From an uncultured Rhodobacteraceae bacterium (GTDB lineage Bacteria > Pseudomonadota > Alphaproteobacteria > Rhodobacterales > Rhodobacteraceae): DNA of 64,000 bases. Position 1 is the first letter of the stretch. Every line of letters begins with the position of its first letter. Under the pieces are notes generated by a model, which did no database searches, had not been told where the DNA came from, and saw nothing but the letters and a program-made list of their open reading frames with translations. Of the stretch, positions 55,953 to 64,000 are shown one piece after another. The stretch covers positions 691,168 through 755,167 of the forward strand of contig OZ260083.1 in NCBI GenBank assembly GCA_965284435.1, given 5' to 3'. The position numbers and the translations under genes are program-made.

Positions 55953-56861
55953 ATGACTGTATCACGCACCTTACACTCCGCCCGTTATCCGCAGCCCCGC
56001 GCCATGCTGGAGCTGATCAAACCCATCACGTGGTTCCCGCCGATGTGGGCCTATCTGTGTGGGATCATCTCTGTCGGGGTCTCTCCTTGGTCAAGTTGGC
56101 CGATGGTGATCTTGGGCGTTCTGCTGGCCGGGCCCGTTGTCTGCGGGATGAGTCAGGCCGCAAACGATTGGTGCGACCGGCATGTCGACGCGGTGAACGA
56201 ACCGCATCGTCCCATCCCCTCGGGGCGGATTCCCGGACGCTGGGGGCTGTGGATTGCGCTGGCAATGTCTGTGCTGTCTTTGGCGATCGGCTGGCTTTTG
56301 GGCCCTTGGGGATTTGCCGCCACGATCGTGGGTGTGCTTGCCGCCTGGGCCTATTCGGTGGAGCCGATCCGGCTGAAACGGTCGGGATGGTGGGGGCCGG
56401 GTCTGGTTGGCCTGTGTTATGAAGGATTGCCCTGGTTCACCGGGGCTGCGGTTCTGTCAGATGGCGTGCCGTCTTTTCAAGTGGTCACCATGGCGTTGCT
56501 TTACGCCCTTGGCGCCCACGGCATCATGACGTTGAATGATTTCAAGGCGCTTGAAGGGGATCGGATTCACGGGGTTCGGTCGCTTCCGGTGACTTTGGGG
56601 CCCGATGTCGCGGCGCGCGTTGCCTGTACGGTGATGGCCTTGGCGCAGGCGATCGTGATCTGTCTGCTTTTCATCTGGGGCAAACCCGTGCACGCGATCT
56701 TTGTCTTCTTGCTGCTGTTTTGGCAGATCCGGGCCATGGGAACCTTGTTAAGCGATTCAAAGGGAAAGGCGCCTTGGTATCAGGCCACGGGGATCACGAT
56801 GTATGTCACCGGCATGATGATCACGGCCTTCGCCCTGCGCGGTATGGAGGTACTGGCATGA
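55953..56861 (+). CDS. bchG: bacteriochlorophyll a synthase BchG
   Basis: ORF 55938..56861 trimmed to MTVSRTLHSARYPQPRAMLELIKPITWFPPMWAYLCG (UbiA prenyltransferase family) with Asp-rich NDWCDRHVD. Confidence 0.93.
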   Translation: MTVSRTLHSARYPQPRAMLELIKPITWFPPMWAYLCGIISVGVSPWSSWPMVILGVLLAGPVVCGMSQAANDWCDRHVDAVNEPHRPIPSGRIPGRWGLWIALAMSVLSLAIGWLLGPWGFAATIVGVLAAWAYSVEPIRLKRSGWWGPGLVGLCYEGLPWFTGAAVLSDGVPSFQVVTMALLYALGAHGIMTLNDFKALEGDRIHGVRSLPVTLGPDVAARVACTVMALAQAIVICLLFIWGKPVHAIFVFLLLFWQIRAMGTLLSDSKGKAPWYQATGITMYVTGMMITAFALRGMEVLA

Positions 56862-58153
56862 CACTGTCTTGGGCGTCGATCTTTCGGTTGGGTTTGGTTC
56901 AACTGTGTCTGGGGGCGATTGTGGTGCTGACCACATCCACCTTGAACCGGTTGATGGTGGTGGAATTTGCCATGCCGGCGGTTCTGCCTGGTCTTCTGGT
57001 GGGGCTGCATTATGCCATTCAGATCACCCGGCCCACCTGGGGATACAAATCTGACACGGGCGGCAACCGGACCCGATTCATCATTCTGGGCATGGCGGCG
57101 CTGGCGCTTGGCGCCTTCCTTGCGGCGGCGGGCATGCTGCTGTTGACCACCTCTTTCGCTTTGGGGTTGGCCTTGTCGATCTTGGCCTATGGGCTGATCG
57201 GGATTGGCGTGGGCGCGTCGGGCACATCGCTTTTGGCACTGCTGGCCACAACGACGCATCCGCGGCGCCGGGCAGCGGCGGCGACGATCACCTGGCTGAT
57301 GATGATCTTTGGCATCGCAGTGACGGCGGTGATCGTGGGCAAGTTGTTGGATCCCTATTCGCCGGACCTGCTGTTGAAACTGGTTGGGGGCGTGGGTTGT
57401 ATCGCTGTTGCAGTGACCACCGCCGCGATTTGGGGAATCGAGCGCCGCTATGGCGGTGCGGTTCAGCCAAAGACCGAAGCCTTACCCTTTTTTCAAGGGC
57501 TTGCGGAAATCTGGAGCGAGCGCCGTGCGCGCAATTTCACCATCTTCATCTTCTTGTCGATGGTCGCCTATTTCATGCAAGAGCTGATCCTTGAACCCTA
57601 TGCCGGGCTTGCTTTCAACTACACGCCGGGCCAATCAACGCAGCTTTCAGGCGCGCAGAATGGCGGCGTGTTCGTGGGGATGCTGCTGGTTGGTTTGGCG
57701 GCGACCGGATTGCGGATTGGCGGTTTGCGCGCTTGGGTCATGGCGGGCTGCGCGGGGTCAGCCCTGTCTTTGCTGGCCATCGCGATGGCCGGGCAGATGG
57801 CGCTGGATGGTCAGATCCTGCTGGTCAGCACCGTATCGCTGGGCTTTTTCAACGGCATGTTCGCGGTGGCTGCCATCGGATCCATGATGGCCTTGGCTGG
57901 CGAGGGCCGCGGCGAGCGTGAAGGCACCCGAATGGGGCTTTGGGGAGCATCGCAGGCCATCGCGGCAGGCTTTGGCGGGCTTTTGGGCGCCGCTGCGGTA
58001 GACGCGGTGCGGCAGATCACCGATGCCGCCACTGCCTTTGGCCTTGTTTTTACCGCCGAGGCCGCGCTGTTTGCCGTGGCCACGATCATGGCGGCACAGA
58101 TCATTGAGGCGCGCCCGCGCGCTGTGGACGGAAACCTAGTACCGGGGGAATAG
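56858..58153 (+). CDS. BCD/PucC-family MFS protein (Rhodobacter orf428/bch2-like)
   Basis: ORF 56720..58153 trimmed to codon 47 (MTLSWASIFRLGLVQLCLGAIVVLTTSTLNRLMVVEF). ATGA overlap with the bchG stop. 431 aa, 12 TM. Position between bchG and bchP. Confidence 0.85.
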   Translation: MTLSWASIFRLGLVQLCLGAIVVLTTSTLNRLMVVEFAMPAVLPGLLVGLHYAIQITRPTWGYKSDTGGNRTRFIILGMAALALGAFLAAAGMLLLTTSFALGLALSILAYGLIGIGVGASGTSLLALLATTTHPRRRAAAATITWLMMIFGIAVTAVIVGKLLDPYSPDLLLKLVGGVGCIAVAVTTAAIWGIERRYGGAVQPKTEALPFFQGLAEIWSERRARNFTIFIFLSMVAYFMQELILEPYAGLAFNYTPGQSTQLSGAQNGGVFVGMLLVGLAATGLRIGGLRAWVMAGCAGSALSLLAIAMAGQMALDGQILLVSTVSLGFFNGMFAVAAIGSMMALAGEGRGEREGTRMGLWGASQAIAAGFGGLLGAAAVDAVRQITDAATAFGLVFTAEAALFAVATIMAAQIIEARPRAVDGNLVPGE

Positions 58154-58155
58154 AC

Positions 58156-59337
58156 ATGGGATATGATGTTATCGTGATCGGCGGCGGACCATCTGGGGCG
58201 ACGGCGGCGAATGATTTGGCCCGCTCGGGTGTCCATGTGGCGTTTCTGGACCGCGATGGGCGGATCAAACCCTGTGGCGGCGCAATTCCGCCCCGGTTGA
58301 TCGAAGATTTTTCGATCCCCGACAGTCAGATCGTGGCGCAGATTCAGACGGCCCGCATGATATCGCCCACCCAGCGCGCGGTGGATATCCCGATCGAAAA
58401 CGGCTTTGTCGGGATGGTTGACCGCGAACATTTCGACGAGTTCCTGCGCGCGCGCGCTGTCAGTAATGGCGCAACGCGGATGACCGGCACCTACCTGCGG
58501 ATCGAGCGGGACGCCGAGGGCACGCATGTGGTCTATCGCGACAAGGCCAGTGGGCAAGAGATCCGCATGCAGACCAAACTGGTGATCGGGGCTGATGGCG
58601 CGCGGTCGAATGTGGCGAAGACCGAAGTGCCGGGCGGCGACAAGATTCCTTACGTGATCGCCTATCATGAAATCATCAAGGCCCCGGCTGCCAACAATTC
58701 CTATGATCCAAAGCGCTGTGATGTGATTTATGACGGAAAGATCAGCCCTGATTTTTATGGCTGGGTCTTTCCGCATGGCGCCCATGCCAGCGTGGGAATG
58801 GGCACGGGGATTGATGGTGTCGACCTGAAGCAGGCGACGGCAGATTTGCGCGAAGCCTCTGGTTTGGCCGGATGCGAAACGATCCGCCGCGAAGGTGCGC
58901 CTATTCCGCTGCGGCCAATGGACCGCTGGGACAATGGGCGCGATGTGGTGCTTGCAGGAGATGCAGCCGGGGTCGTTGCGCCTTCGTCAGGCGAAGGCAT
59001 TTACTATGCGATGGTCGGCGGCCGGGTGGCGGCCACGGCAGCGCAGGCCGTTTTGGCAACAGGCCGGGCGTCAAAACTGCGGATTGCGCGGCGTTTGTTT
59101 ATGAGCGAGCATAAGATGGTTTTCAAGGTTCTGCGATCGATGCAGGACGCCTATTACAAATCCGACGAACGCCGTGAACGGTTTGTCAGTCTTTGCCATG
59201 ATGTGGATGTTCAGAAGTTAACCTTTGAGGCTTATATGAACAAGAAGCTGGTGCATGCGCGGCCCATGGCCCATTTGAAAATTGGCTTCAAGAACATCTC
59301 GCATCTCATGGGTTTTGTGAAACCGGAACACGTATGA
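58156..59337 (+). CDS. bchP: geranylgeranyl diphosphate/bacteriochlorophyll reductase BchP
   Basis: 393-aa ORF with FAD fold YDVIVIGGGPSGATAA and typical BchP/ChlP motifs (KPCGGAIP, GDAAGVVAPSSGEGIYYAM). Confidence 0.95.
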   Translation: MGYDVIVIGGGPSGATAANDLARSGVHVAFLDRDGRIKPCGGAIPPRLIEDFSIPDSQIVAQIQTARMISPTQRAVDIPIENGFVGMVDREHFDEFLRARAVSNGATRMTGTYLRIERDAEGTHVVYRDKASGQEIRMQTKLVIGADGARSNVAKTEVPGGDKIPYVIAYHEIIKAPAANNSYDPKRCDVIYDGKISPDFYGWVFPHGAHASVGMGTGIDGVDLKQATADLREASGLAGCETIRREGAPIPLRPMDRWDNGRDVVLAGDAAGVVAPSSGEGIYYAMVGGRVAATAAQAVLATGRASKLRIARRLFMSEHKMVFKVLRSMQDAYYKSDERRERFVSLCHDVDVQKLTFEAYMNKKLVHARPMAHLKIGFKNISHLMGFVKPEHV

Positions 59338-59873
59338 TTGAAATGATCCCGGCCTGGGTGAACGGCGTTTTGCAACCGATTGAGAAACTGGAAGTGCATC
59401 AGCGCGGGCTGAAGCATCTGGCGGTTTCGGTGTTTGTCATGCAGGGCGACAAAACGCTGTTGCAGCGCCGCGCCATGGGCAAATACCACACGCCCGGTTT
59501 GTGGACGAACACCTGTTGCACGCATCCGTTCTGGGACGAAGATCCGGCCCTTTGCGCGGCCCGGCGGCTGCGAGAGGAGTTGGGAATATCAGGGCTGGAT
59601 CTGCGGCGCACCGGGGGAACCGAGTACCGCGCAGAGGTGGGAAACGGCCTGATTGAACACGAAGTGGTTGAGATTTTTGCCGCCGAAGCGCCCCAGGATT
59701 TCGCCTTGGCCCCGAACCCGGATGAAGTGATGGACACGGCGTGGATCACCTTGCCTGATCTGGAAGACGAAGTGAAAGCAGACCCTTTGTCTTTCACGCC
59801 GTGGATGCGGATTTATCTGGCCGCAGGGTGGGGCGAAAAATCAAAGGCGCGGGTGCTGGCACCGGCGCGTTAA
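59334..59873 (+). CDS. idi: isopentenyl-diphosphate delta-isomerase, type 1 (Nudix)
   Basis: 179-aa ORF with HLAVSVFV, LLQRRAMGKYHTPGLWTNTCCTHP and EHEVVEIF. ATGA overlap with bchP. Confidence 0.9.
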   Translation: MIEMIPAWVNGVLQPIEKLEVHQRGLKHLAVSVFVMQGDKTLLQRRAMGKYHTPGLWTNTCCTHPFWDEDPALCAARRLREELGISGLDLRRTGGTEYRAEVGNGLIEHEVVEIFAAEAPQDFALAPNPDEVMDTAWITLPDLEDEVKADPLSFTPWMRIYLAAGWGEKSKARVLAPAR

Positions 59874-59893
59874 GAAACCGGTATTGAAAAAAG

Positions 59894-59919
59894 GGCCGGG
59901 GGCAATGTTGCCCCCGGCC
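59894..59919. terminator. bidirectional intrinsic terminator between convergent idi and the sugar-binding protein gene
   Basis: GGCCGGGGGC (59894-59903), loop AATGTT, GCCCCCGGCC (59910-59919), flanked by an A-run upstream and a T-rich tract downstream. Confidence 0.75.
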
Positions 59920-59934
59920 TTTGGTTTTGCACGA

Positions 59935-61023
59935 TTACATACCGGACCAGATCTTGGCATAAGCCTCGCGGTAGCCATTGCCGGGATCAAACATGTTCTT
60001 GTCGCCGCCATCGAAATCGATGTTGGCTTTGGTCACGACATGAAGCGGCGACATATAGCCAGAGGCAGCTTCGCCCGCCATGGCGCGGTTCAATTCATCG
60101 ACCAGCTGCCAGCCTTGCAAGTTCAGGGGTTCGGCCACGGTGACGGCCTGATACTGACCGGCGCGAATACGCTGATAAGCGCCTTCCGATCCGTCGCCAG
60201 CGGCAACGGCCTTTGGCGCACCATCGCCGGCGATGCCGGCCGCAGCAAGGGCCGGGCCCATGAAATCAAAGTAGATGTCGTTGATCGCCAAGGCATGTGT
60301 CCAGCTTGCGCCGTATTTCTGCAACAAGGCGATCGTCAAGGACGGCATGCGCTGTGACGTTTCGGCGATCGGGGTATCGACATATTCCAGAACCGTGCCG
60401 CCCAAAGCCTCAATCGTGGCTTTGATCTTGTCGGCCTTGGCGATGGCGATGGCATAGGTGCTGTCGGTGAAGATCACCACGCCGGGTTTGCCTGCCGCGT
60501 CGATATAGGCCCATTCGGCCGCGACTTGGCTGACTTGCATCGCGTCGGTGGAGACGTTCACCGACAAACCGCCGCCCGGATTTGCGCCGATGACAGCGCC
60601 AGAGTGCCAACCCACCATGGGGATCTTGGCGGCAACGGCCTGATCAAGGGCGGCCTGCTGTTCGACGGAGTCGAAGCCGACAATGATGATGCCCGCCGGT
60701 TGCAGGGCCAGACCCTGACCGAAGGCCGCGGTGCGGCTTTGAACCGACCCTGCGCCGTCCAGAACGCGCACATCCCAGCCGGCCTTGGCGGCAGCTTCCT
60801 GCACGCCGTTGGTGACGCCCAGATGGCCGCCATTCTTCATGTCGCCCGCAAGGACGACAACAAGCTTGCCCGACTCGGCCTTTGGCCCCGTGGTGGGACC
60901 ATCCCATGCGGTGGCTGGGCTGGCATATTTATCTACGTTGGCCTGCGCATCGGCGATGGCATCTGCAAAAGCGGGCAGAGCCAAAAGCGAGACTGACGAC
61001 AAAAGAAACGATCTGCGGTTCAT
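59935..61023 (-). CDS. sugar ABC transporter periplasmic substrate-binding protein (PBP type 1, ribose/xylose-like)
   Basis: ORF 59935..61053 trimmed to MNRRSFLLSSVSLLALPAFA (signal peptide). Periplasmic binding fold typical of the RbsB-like family. The sugar specificity cannot be read from the sequence. Confidence 0.75.
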   Translation of the reverse strand: MNRRSFLLSSVSLLALPAFADAIADAQANVDKYASPATAWDGPTTGPKAESGKLVVVLAGDMKNGGHLGVTNGVQEAAAKAGWDVRVLDGAGSVQSRTAAFGQGLALQPAGIIIVGFDSVEQQAALDQAVAAKIPMVGWHSGAVIGANPGGGLSVNVSTDAMQVSQVAAEWAYIDAAGKPGVVIFTDSTYAIAIAKADKIKATIEALGGTVLEYVDTPIAETSQRMPSLTIALLQKYGASWTHALAINDIYFDFMGPALAAAGIAGDGAPKAVAAGDGSEGAYQRIRAGQYQAVTVAEPLNLQGWQLVDELNRAMAGEAASGYMSPLHVVTKANIDFDGGDKNMFDPGNGYREAYAKIWSGM

Positions 61024-61058
61024 GTTTTCCTCCCTGAAAACAACTTTGGTCAATGTGG

Positions 61059-62102
61059 TTACTTTTTCGCCGCGCCCTTCTTGCGCTGCGCATAGCCCGC
61101 GATGCCGATCGCAATCAGCAGGGTCAGACCGTTGAACATCGGCTCTACCCAGAAGGATCCGCCGAATTGCTGGATGCCGGAGATTCCGACAGCCAGAATC
61201 ATCACGCCGACGATGGTGCCCCAGACGTTCACGCGCCCGGGCTTGATCGTGGTGGAGCCGAGGAAGGCGCCGACCAAGGCGGGCAACAGATATTCAAGAC
61301 CGACCGAGGCCTGGCCGATGCGCAGTTTGGAGGCCAGAAGAACGCCCGTCAGTGCCGTCAGCATCCCCGAGGTCACGAAGGCCCCGACCACGAATTTGCG
61401 GGTGGGAATGCCGTTCAATTCTGCCGCGCGCTGATTTGCGCCGATGGCGTAAAGGTAGCGGCCGATCGGGGTGTATTCCAAAACGATCCACAGGGCGAAG
61501 GTGATGATCACCACATAATACGCCGTAATGGGCAGGCCGAAGACGAAGGTGCCGGACAGGGCGTAAAACCCATCGGGCAACACCCCCACCATTTGGCGGC
61601 CCCCGGTGTGCCAAAGGGCAAGCGCATAAAGGATGGTGCCGGTGCCCAAGGTGGCAATAAAGCTGTCGATGCGGGCAACTTCAACCAGAAACCCGTTAAG
61701 CGCCCCAGTGATCACGCCGAGGATCAGGACGATGGCCACGGCAATTGGAAACGGAAGGCCGTAAGAGGTTTGCAGGCTGATGGCCAGAATGTGCCACAGG
61801 ACAATGCCGTAACCCACCGTCAGATCGATGCGCCCGGCGACCATGGGGATCATGGCGGCCAGCGAGAGCAGCGCGATGATCGCCTTGTCTGACAAGATGG
61901 CGCGCACGTTGAGCGCGGTGGGAAAAGTGTTCGGCAGCAGGATGGAAAACAGCACGATCAGCCCGAACATCAAGATGACCAGACCATAGGTGGGCGCAAG
62001 CCGGATGGCCTTTTGCCCAAGGCTGAGACCCTTCAAGTCGTCTTTTGTTGGTTCAACGGCGTTTGATTCGACTCCGGGCATGGTGTCCTCAGGCTGCTTC
62101 AC
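61059..62102 (-). CDS. sugar ABC transporter permease (RbsC/AraH-like)
   Basis: 347-aa multi-TM ORF between the ATPase and binding-protein genes. Confidence 0.8.
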   Translation of the reverse strand: MKQPEDTMPGVESNAVEPTKDDLKGLSLGQKAIRLAPTYGLVILMFGLIVLFSILLPNTFPTALNVRAILSDKAIIALLSLAAMIPMVAGRIDLTVGYGIVLWHILAISLQTSYGLPFPIAVAIVLILGVITGALNGFLVEVARIDSFIATLGTGTILYALALWHTGGRQMVGVLPDGFYALSGTFVFGLPITAYYVVIITFALWIVLEYTPIGRYLYAIGANQRAAELNGIPTRKFVVGAFVTSGMLTALTGVLLASKLRIGQASVGLEYLLPALVGAFLGSTTIKPGRVNVWGTIVGVMILAVGISGIQQFGGSFWVEPMFNGLTLLIAIGIAGYAQRKKGAAKK

Positions 62103-63582
62103 CGGCCGAAGCGGCCTGGATCAGAGATTCTGTTGAAAGTTCGACGCCGGTCAGTTCCGCCACGGGCAGGCCGCGGGAAAAGACGATGGCGCGGTGGCAG
62201 ATATTGGCAATTTCTTCGAAGTCGGTGGAGACGACGAGCACGCCCATGCCCGAGGCGAGGGCCTGATAGAGCAGATGGTAAATCTCGGCCTTGGCACCGA
62301 CATCAACGCCTGCTGTGGGATCTTCTGTGATTAACAGACGACGGCCCGAGTCAAGCCAGCGGCCCACGACCACTTTTTGTTGGTTGCCGCCCGACAGGGC
62401 CTCGATCGCGAGGCCGGGATCATTGGGAGACAGCCCGACGCGTTTGCCGGTGGCTTGCGCCATGGCGTGTTCGCGGGCAGGGGCCAACACGGACAACAGG
62501 CGGCGCCCCATGGCTGAAGGATTGACGAAGGCGTTTTCGCGAATGGACAGGCCGGCGGCAATGCTTTCGCCGACCCGGTCGCGGGCGACAAGGCCGACCC
62601 CGGACTGCATGGCTGTTTGGGCCGTGGTCAGGTTCGGTTGTGCCCCATTCAGCAGGACATGCCCTGCATGGGGGATCAGGCCGAACAGGGCGCGGCCGAT
62701 ATCTTCGTGGCCTGCGCCGCGCAAACCGGCAAGGCCCAGCAATTCTCCGCGTTTGATGTCAAAGCTGACAGGGCCTACGGCGGGGGTGGCCAAGCCTTGT
62801 ACCTGCAAGATCGCCGGACCCTCTTGGACGGGGGGGCGGTTTATCTCTCGGGCTTTGCGGCCGACGATCAGCGAGACAAGCTCTTCGGGGGTGGTGTGTT
62901 CGATGGGGCGCACGCCCACCATCTGACCGTCGCGAAGAACCGCGACGCGGTCCGCGACGCGAAAGATTTCGTCAAGGCGGTGACTGACATAGATCATGCC
63001 AACGCCTTTCGCCTTGAGGGGGCGCAAGGCGGAAAAAAGACGCTCTACCTCGTCAGCGGGCAAAGAGGCTGTGGGTTCGTCAAGCACCAGAAAGTCGCAA
63101 TCGGCGGCCAAAGCCCGCGCGATGGCGACAAGGGATTTTTGGGTGCGTGTCAGGGATGAAACGCGGATGGTTGACGGAAAATCAGCCTCGACCAAGGCCA
63201 GGGCGGTATCTGCGCGCGCCTCGGTGGCTGTCCAGTCGATGCGGCGGCCCTTGCGGACATAGCCGAGGGCCAAGGCGATATTCTCGGCAACACTCATCCA
63301 GTCGATCAGGCCAAGGTCTTGATGGATGAACGCCACCTTCTGGCCTTCGCGCCGCCCCGCCTCGTGGACATAGGGCACGCCGTCTATCGCGACGGAGCCT
63401 TCATCGGGGCGGTACAGACCGCCCAAAACCTTGATCAAGGTGGATTTTCCAGCACCGTTTTCGCCCAAAAGCGCCACGATTTCACCCCGTGCCACCTTTA
63501 ACGAAACGCCCTTGAGCGCCCGTGTACCGCCAAAGGATTTGACGACGCGATCAAAGAACAGCCCCTCGGCCGGCGGGTGCAT
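62089..63582 (-). CDS. sugar ABC transporter ATP-binding protein (duplicated ABC cassette, RbsA-like)
   Basis: ORF 62089..63684 trimmed to codon 35 (MHPPAEGLFFDRVVKSFGGTRALKGVSLKVARGEIVALLGENGAGKSTL). Second cassette with LSGGNQQK. 14-nt overlap with the permease gene. Confidence 0.85.
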   Translation of the reverse strand: MHPPAEGLFFDRVVKSFGGTRALKGVSLKVARGEIVALLGENGAGKSTLIKVLGGLYRPDEGSVAIDGVPYVHEAGRREGQKVAFIHQDLGLIDWMSVAENIALALGYVRKGRRIDWTATEARADTALALVEADFPSTIRVSSLTRTQKSLVAIARALAADCDFLVLDEPTASLPADEVERLFSALRPLKAKGVGMIYVSHRLDEIFRVADRVAVLRDGQMVGVRPIEHTTPEELVSLIVGRKAREINRPPVQEGPAILQVQGLATPAVGPVSFDIKRGELLGLAGLRGAGHEDIGRALFGLIPHAGHVLLNGAQPNLTTAQTAMQSGVGLVARDRVGESIAAGLSIRENAFVNPSAMGRRLLSVLAPAREHAMAQATGKRVGLSPNDPGLAIEALSGGNQQKVVVGRWLDSGRRLLITEDPTAGVDVGAKAEIYHLLYQALASGMGVLVVSTDFEEIANICHRAIVFSRGLPVAELTGVELSTESLIQAASAGEAA

Positions 63583-63677
63583 GGCGTCTTCCTCCCAGAG
63601 ACGAAACGACAAACGGACCTGCTCTTGCGACAAGTTTACCGGTAACGTAGTCTTACCCTCACCGACGGGAGGCTGCG

Positions 63678-64000
63678 TTGTCAAGCGAAAAAGTTATCGA
63701 TAACATAGACAGGGGCGCGGCGCGCAAGGCCAAGGCCAATCTGGAGGATATCGCGCGCGAGGCGGGCGTGTCGAAAATGACCGTCAGCCGGGTTCTGCGC
63801 GGCAGCACCGGATTTTCCGACCAGACCCGCGCACGGGTTGTGGCGGCGGCGGCGCGGCTGGATTATGTGCCTAACCGCCTTGCCGCCGCCTTTGGGGCGG
63901 ATCATGCCAGCACGTTGGTGGGCATGTGCGTCCCGCGTCTGACGTCGGGGTTGTTCGGGCATGTGTTGGATGGGGTGGACCGGGCCCTGTCAAGACTGGG
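63678..64000 (+). CDS. LacI-family transcriptional regulator, N-terminal part (runs off the window end)
   Basis: Read directly: ...KANLEDIAREAGVSKMTVSRVLRGSTGFSDQTRARVVAAAARLDYVPNRLAAAF... (LacI HTH). Putative TTG start at 63678 preceded by GGGAGG; the start is uncertain. Divergent from the ABC operon. Confidence 0.7.
   Translation, partial: MSSEKVIDNIDRGAARKAKANLEDIAREAGVSKMTVSRVLRGSTGFSDQTRARVVAAAARLDYVPNRLAAAFGADHASTLVGMCVPRLTSGLFGHVLDGVDRALSRL

Overview
GC-rich (by eye about 60-65% GC) alphaproteobacterial, Rhodobacteraceae-type chromosome segment made almost entirely of recognisable systems. (1) 1-11 kb: urea uptake genes urtE-D-C-B-A (minus strand) divergent from a urease operon ureD-ureA-[58-codon ORF]-ureB-ureC-ureE-ureF-ureG. 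(2) 11-13 kb: fxsA, secB and an orphan RepB/ParB-like gene. (3) 13.1-59.9 kb: a complete purple-bacterial photosynthesis gene cluster (PGC, about 46.8 kb). It contains hemE / hemC; bchO-bchD-bchI-crtA (minus); crtI-crtB-tspO (plus); crtC-crtD (minus); crtE-crtF-bchC-X-Y-Z-pufQ-B-A-L-M-X-dxs (plus); a roughly 16-kb minus-strand superoperon bchF-N-B-H-L-M-lhaA-puhA-B-C-bciE-acsF-puhE-hemA-cycA; and ppaA-ppsR-bchG-MFS-bchP-idi (plus). Ten perfect PpsR/CrtJ-type palindromes (TGT-N12-ACA) sit in the AT-richer intergenic islands. (4) 59.9-64 kb: a sugar ABC transporter operon and a divergent LacI-type regulator that runs off the window. I saw no rRNA, tRNA, CRISPR array, transposase or integrase. 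All product calls come from reading the supplied translations against remembered family motifs and synteny; no searches were run. I did not find a convincing, wholly new multi-gene system. The points most worth a second look are: the PGC gene order, which is a circular permutation of the Cereibacter sphaeroides order; a degenerate orphan repB-like gene near the PGC border; a crtD/crtC dual-coding overlap with no canonical crtC start; a HupE/UreJ-like mini-ORF translationally coupled inside the urease operon; a Rhodobacter capsulatus-like PufX combined with acsF+bciE and no bchE/bchJ or pufC in the window; a structured puf 3' UTR; and a perfect 17-bp tandem duplication in the AT-rich bchF-ppaA control region. 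Many long ORFs in the track are antisense or run-on shadow ORFs typical of high-GC DNA and were not called.
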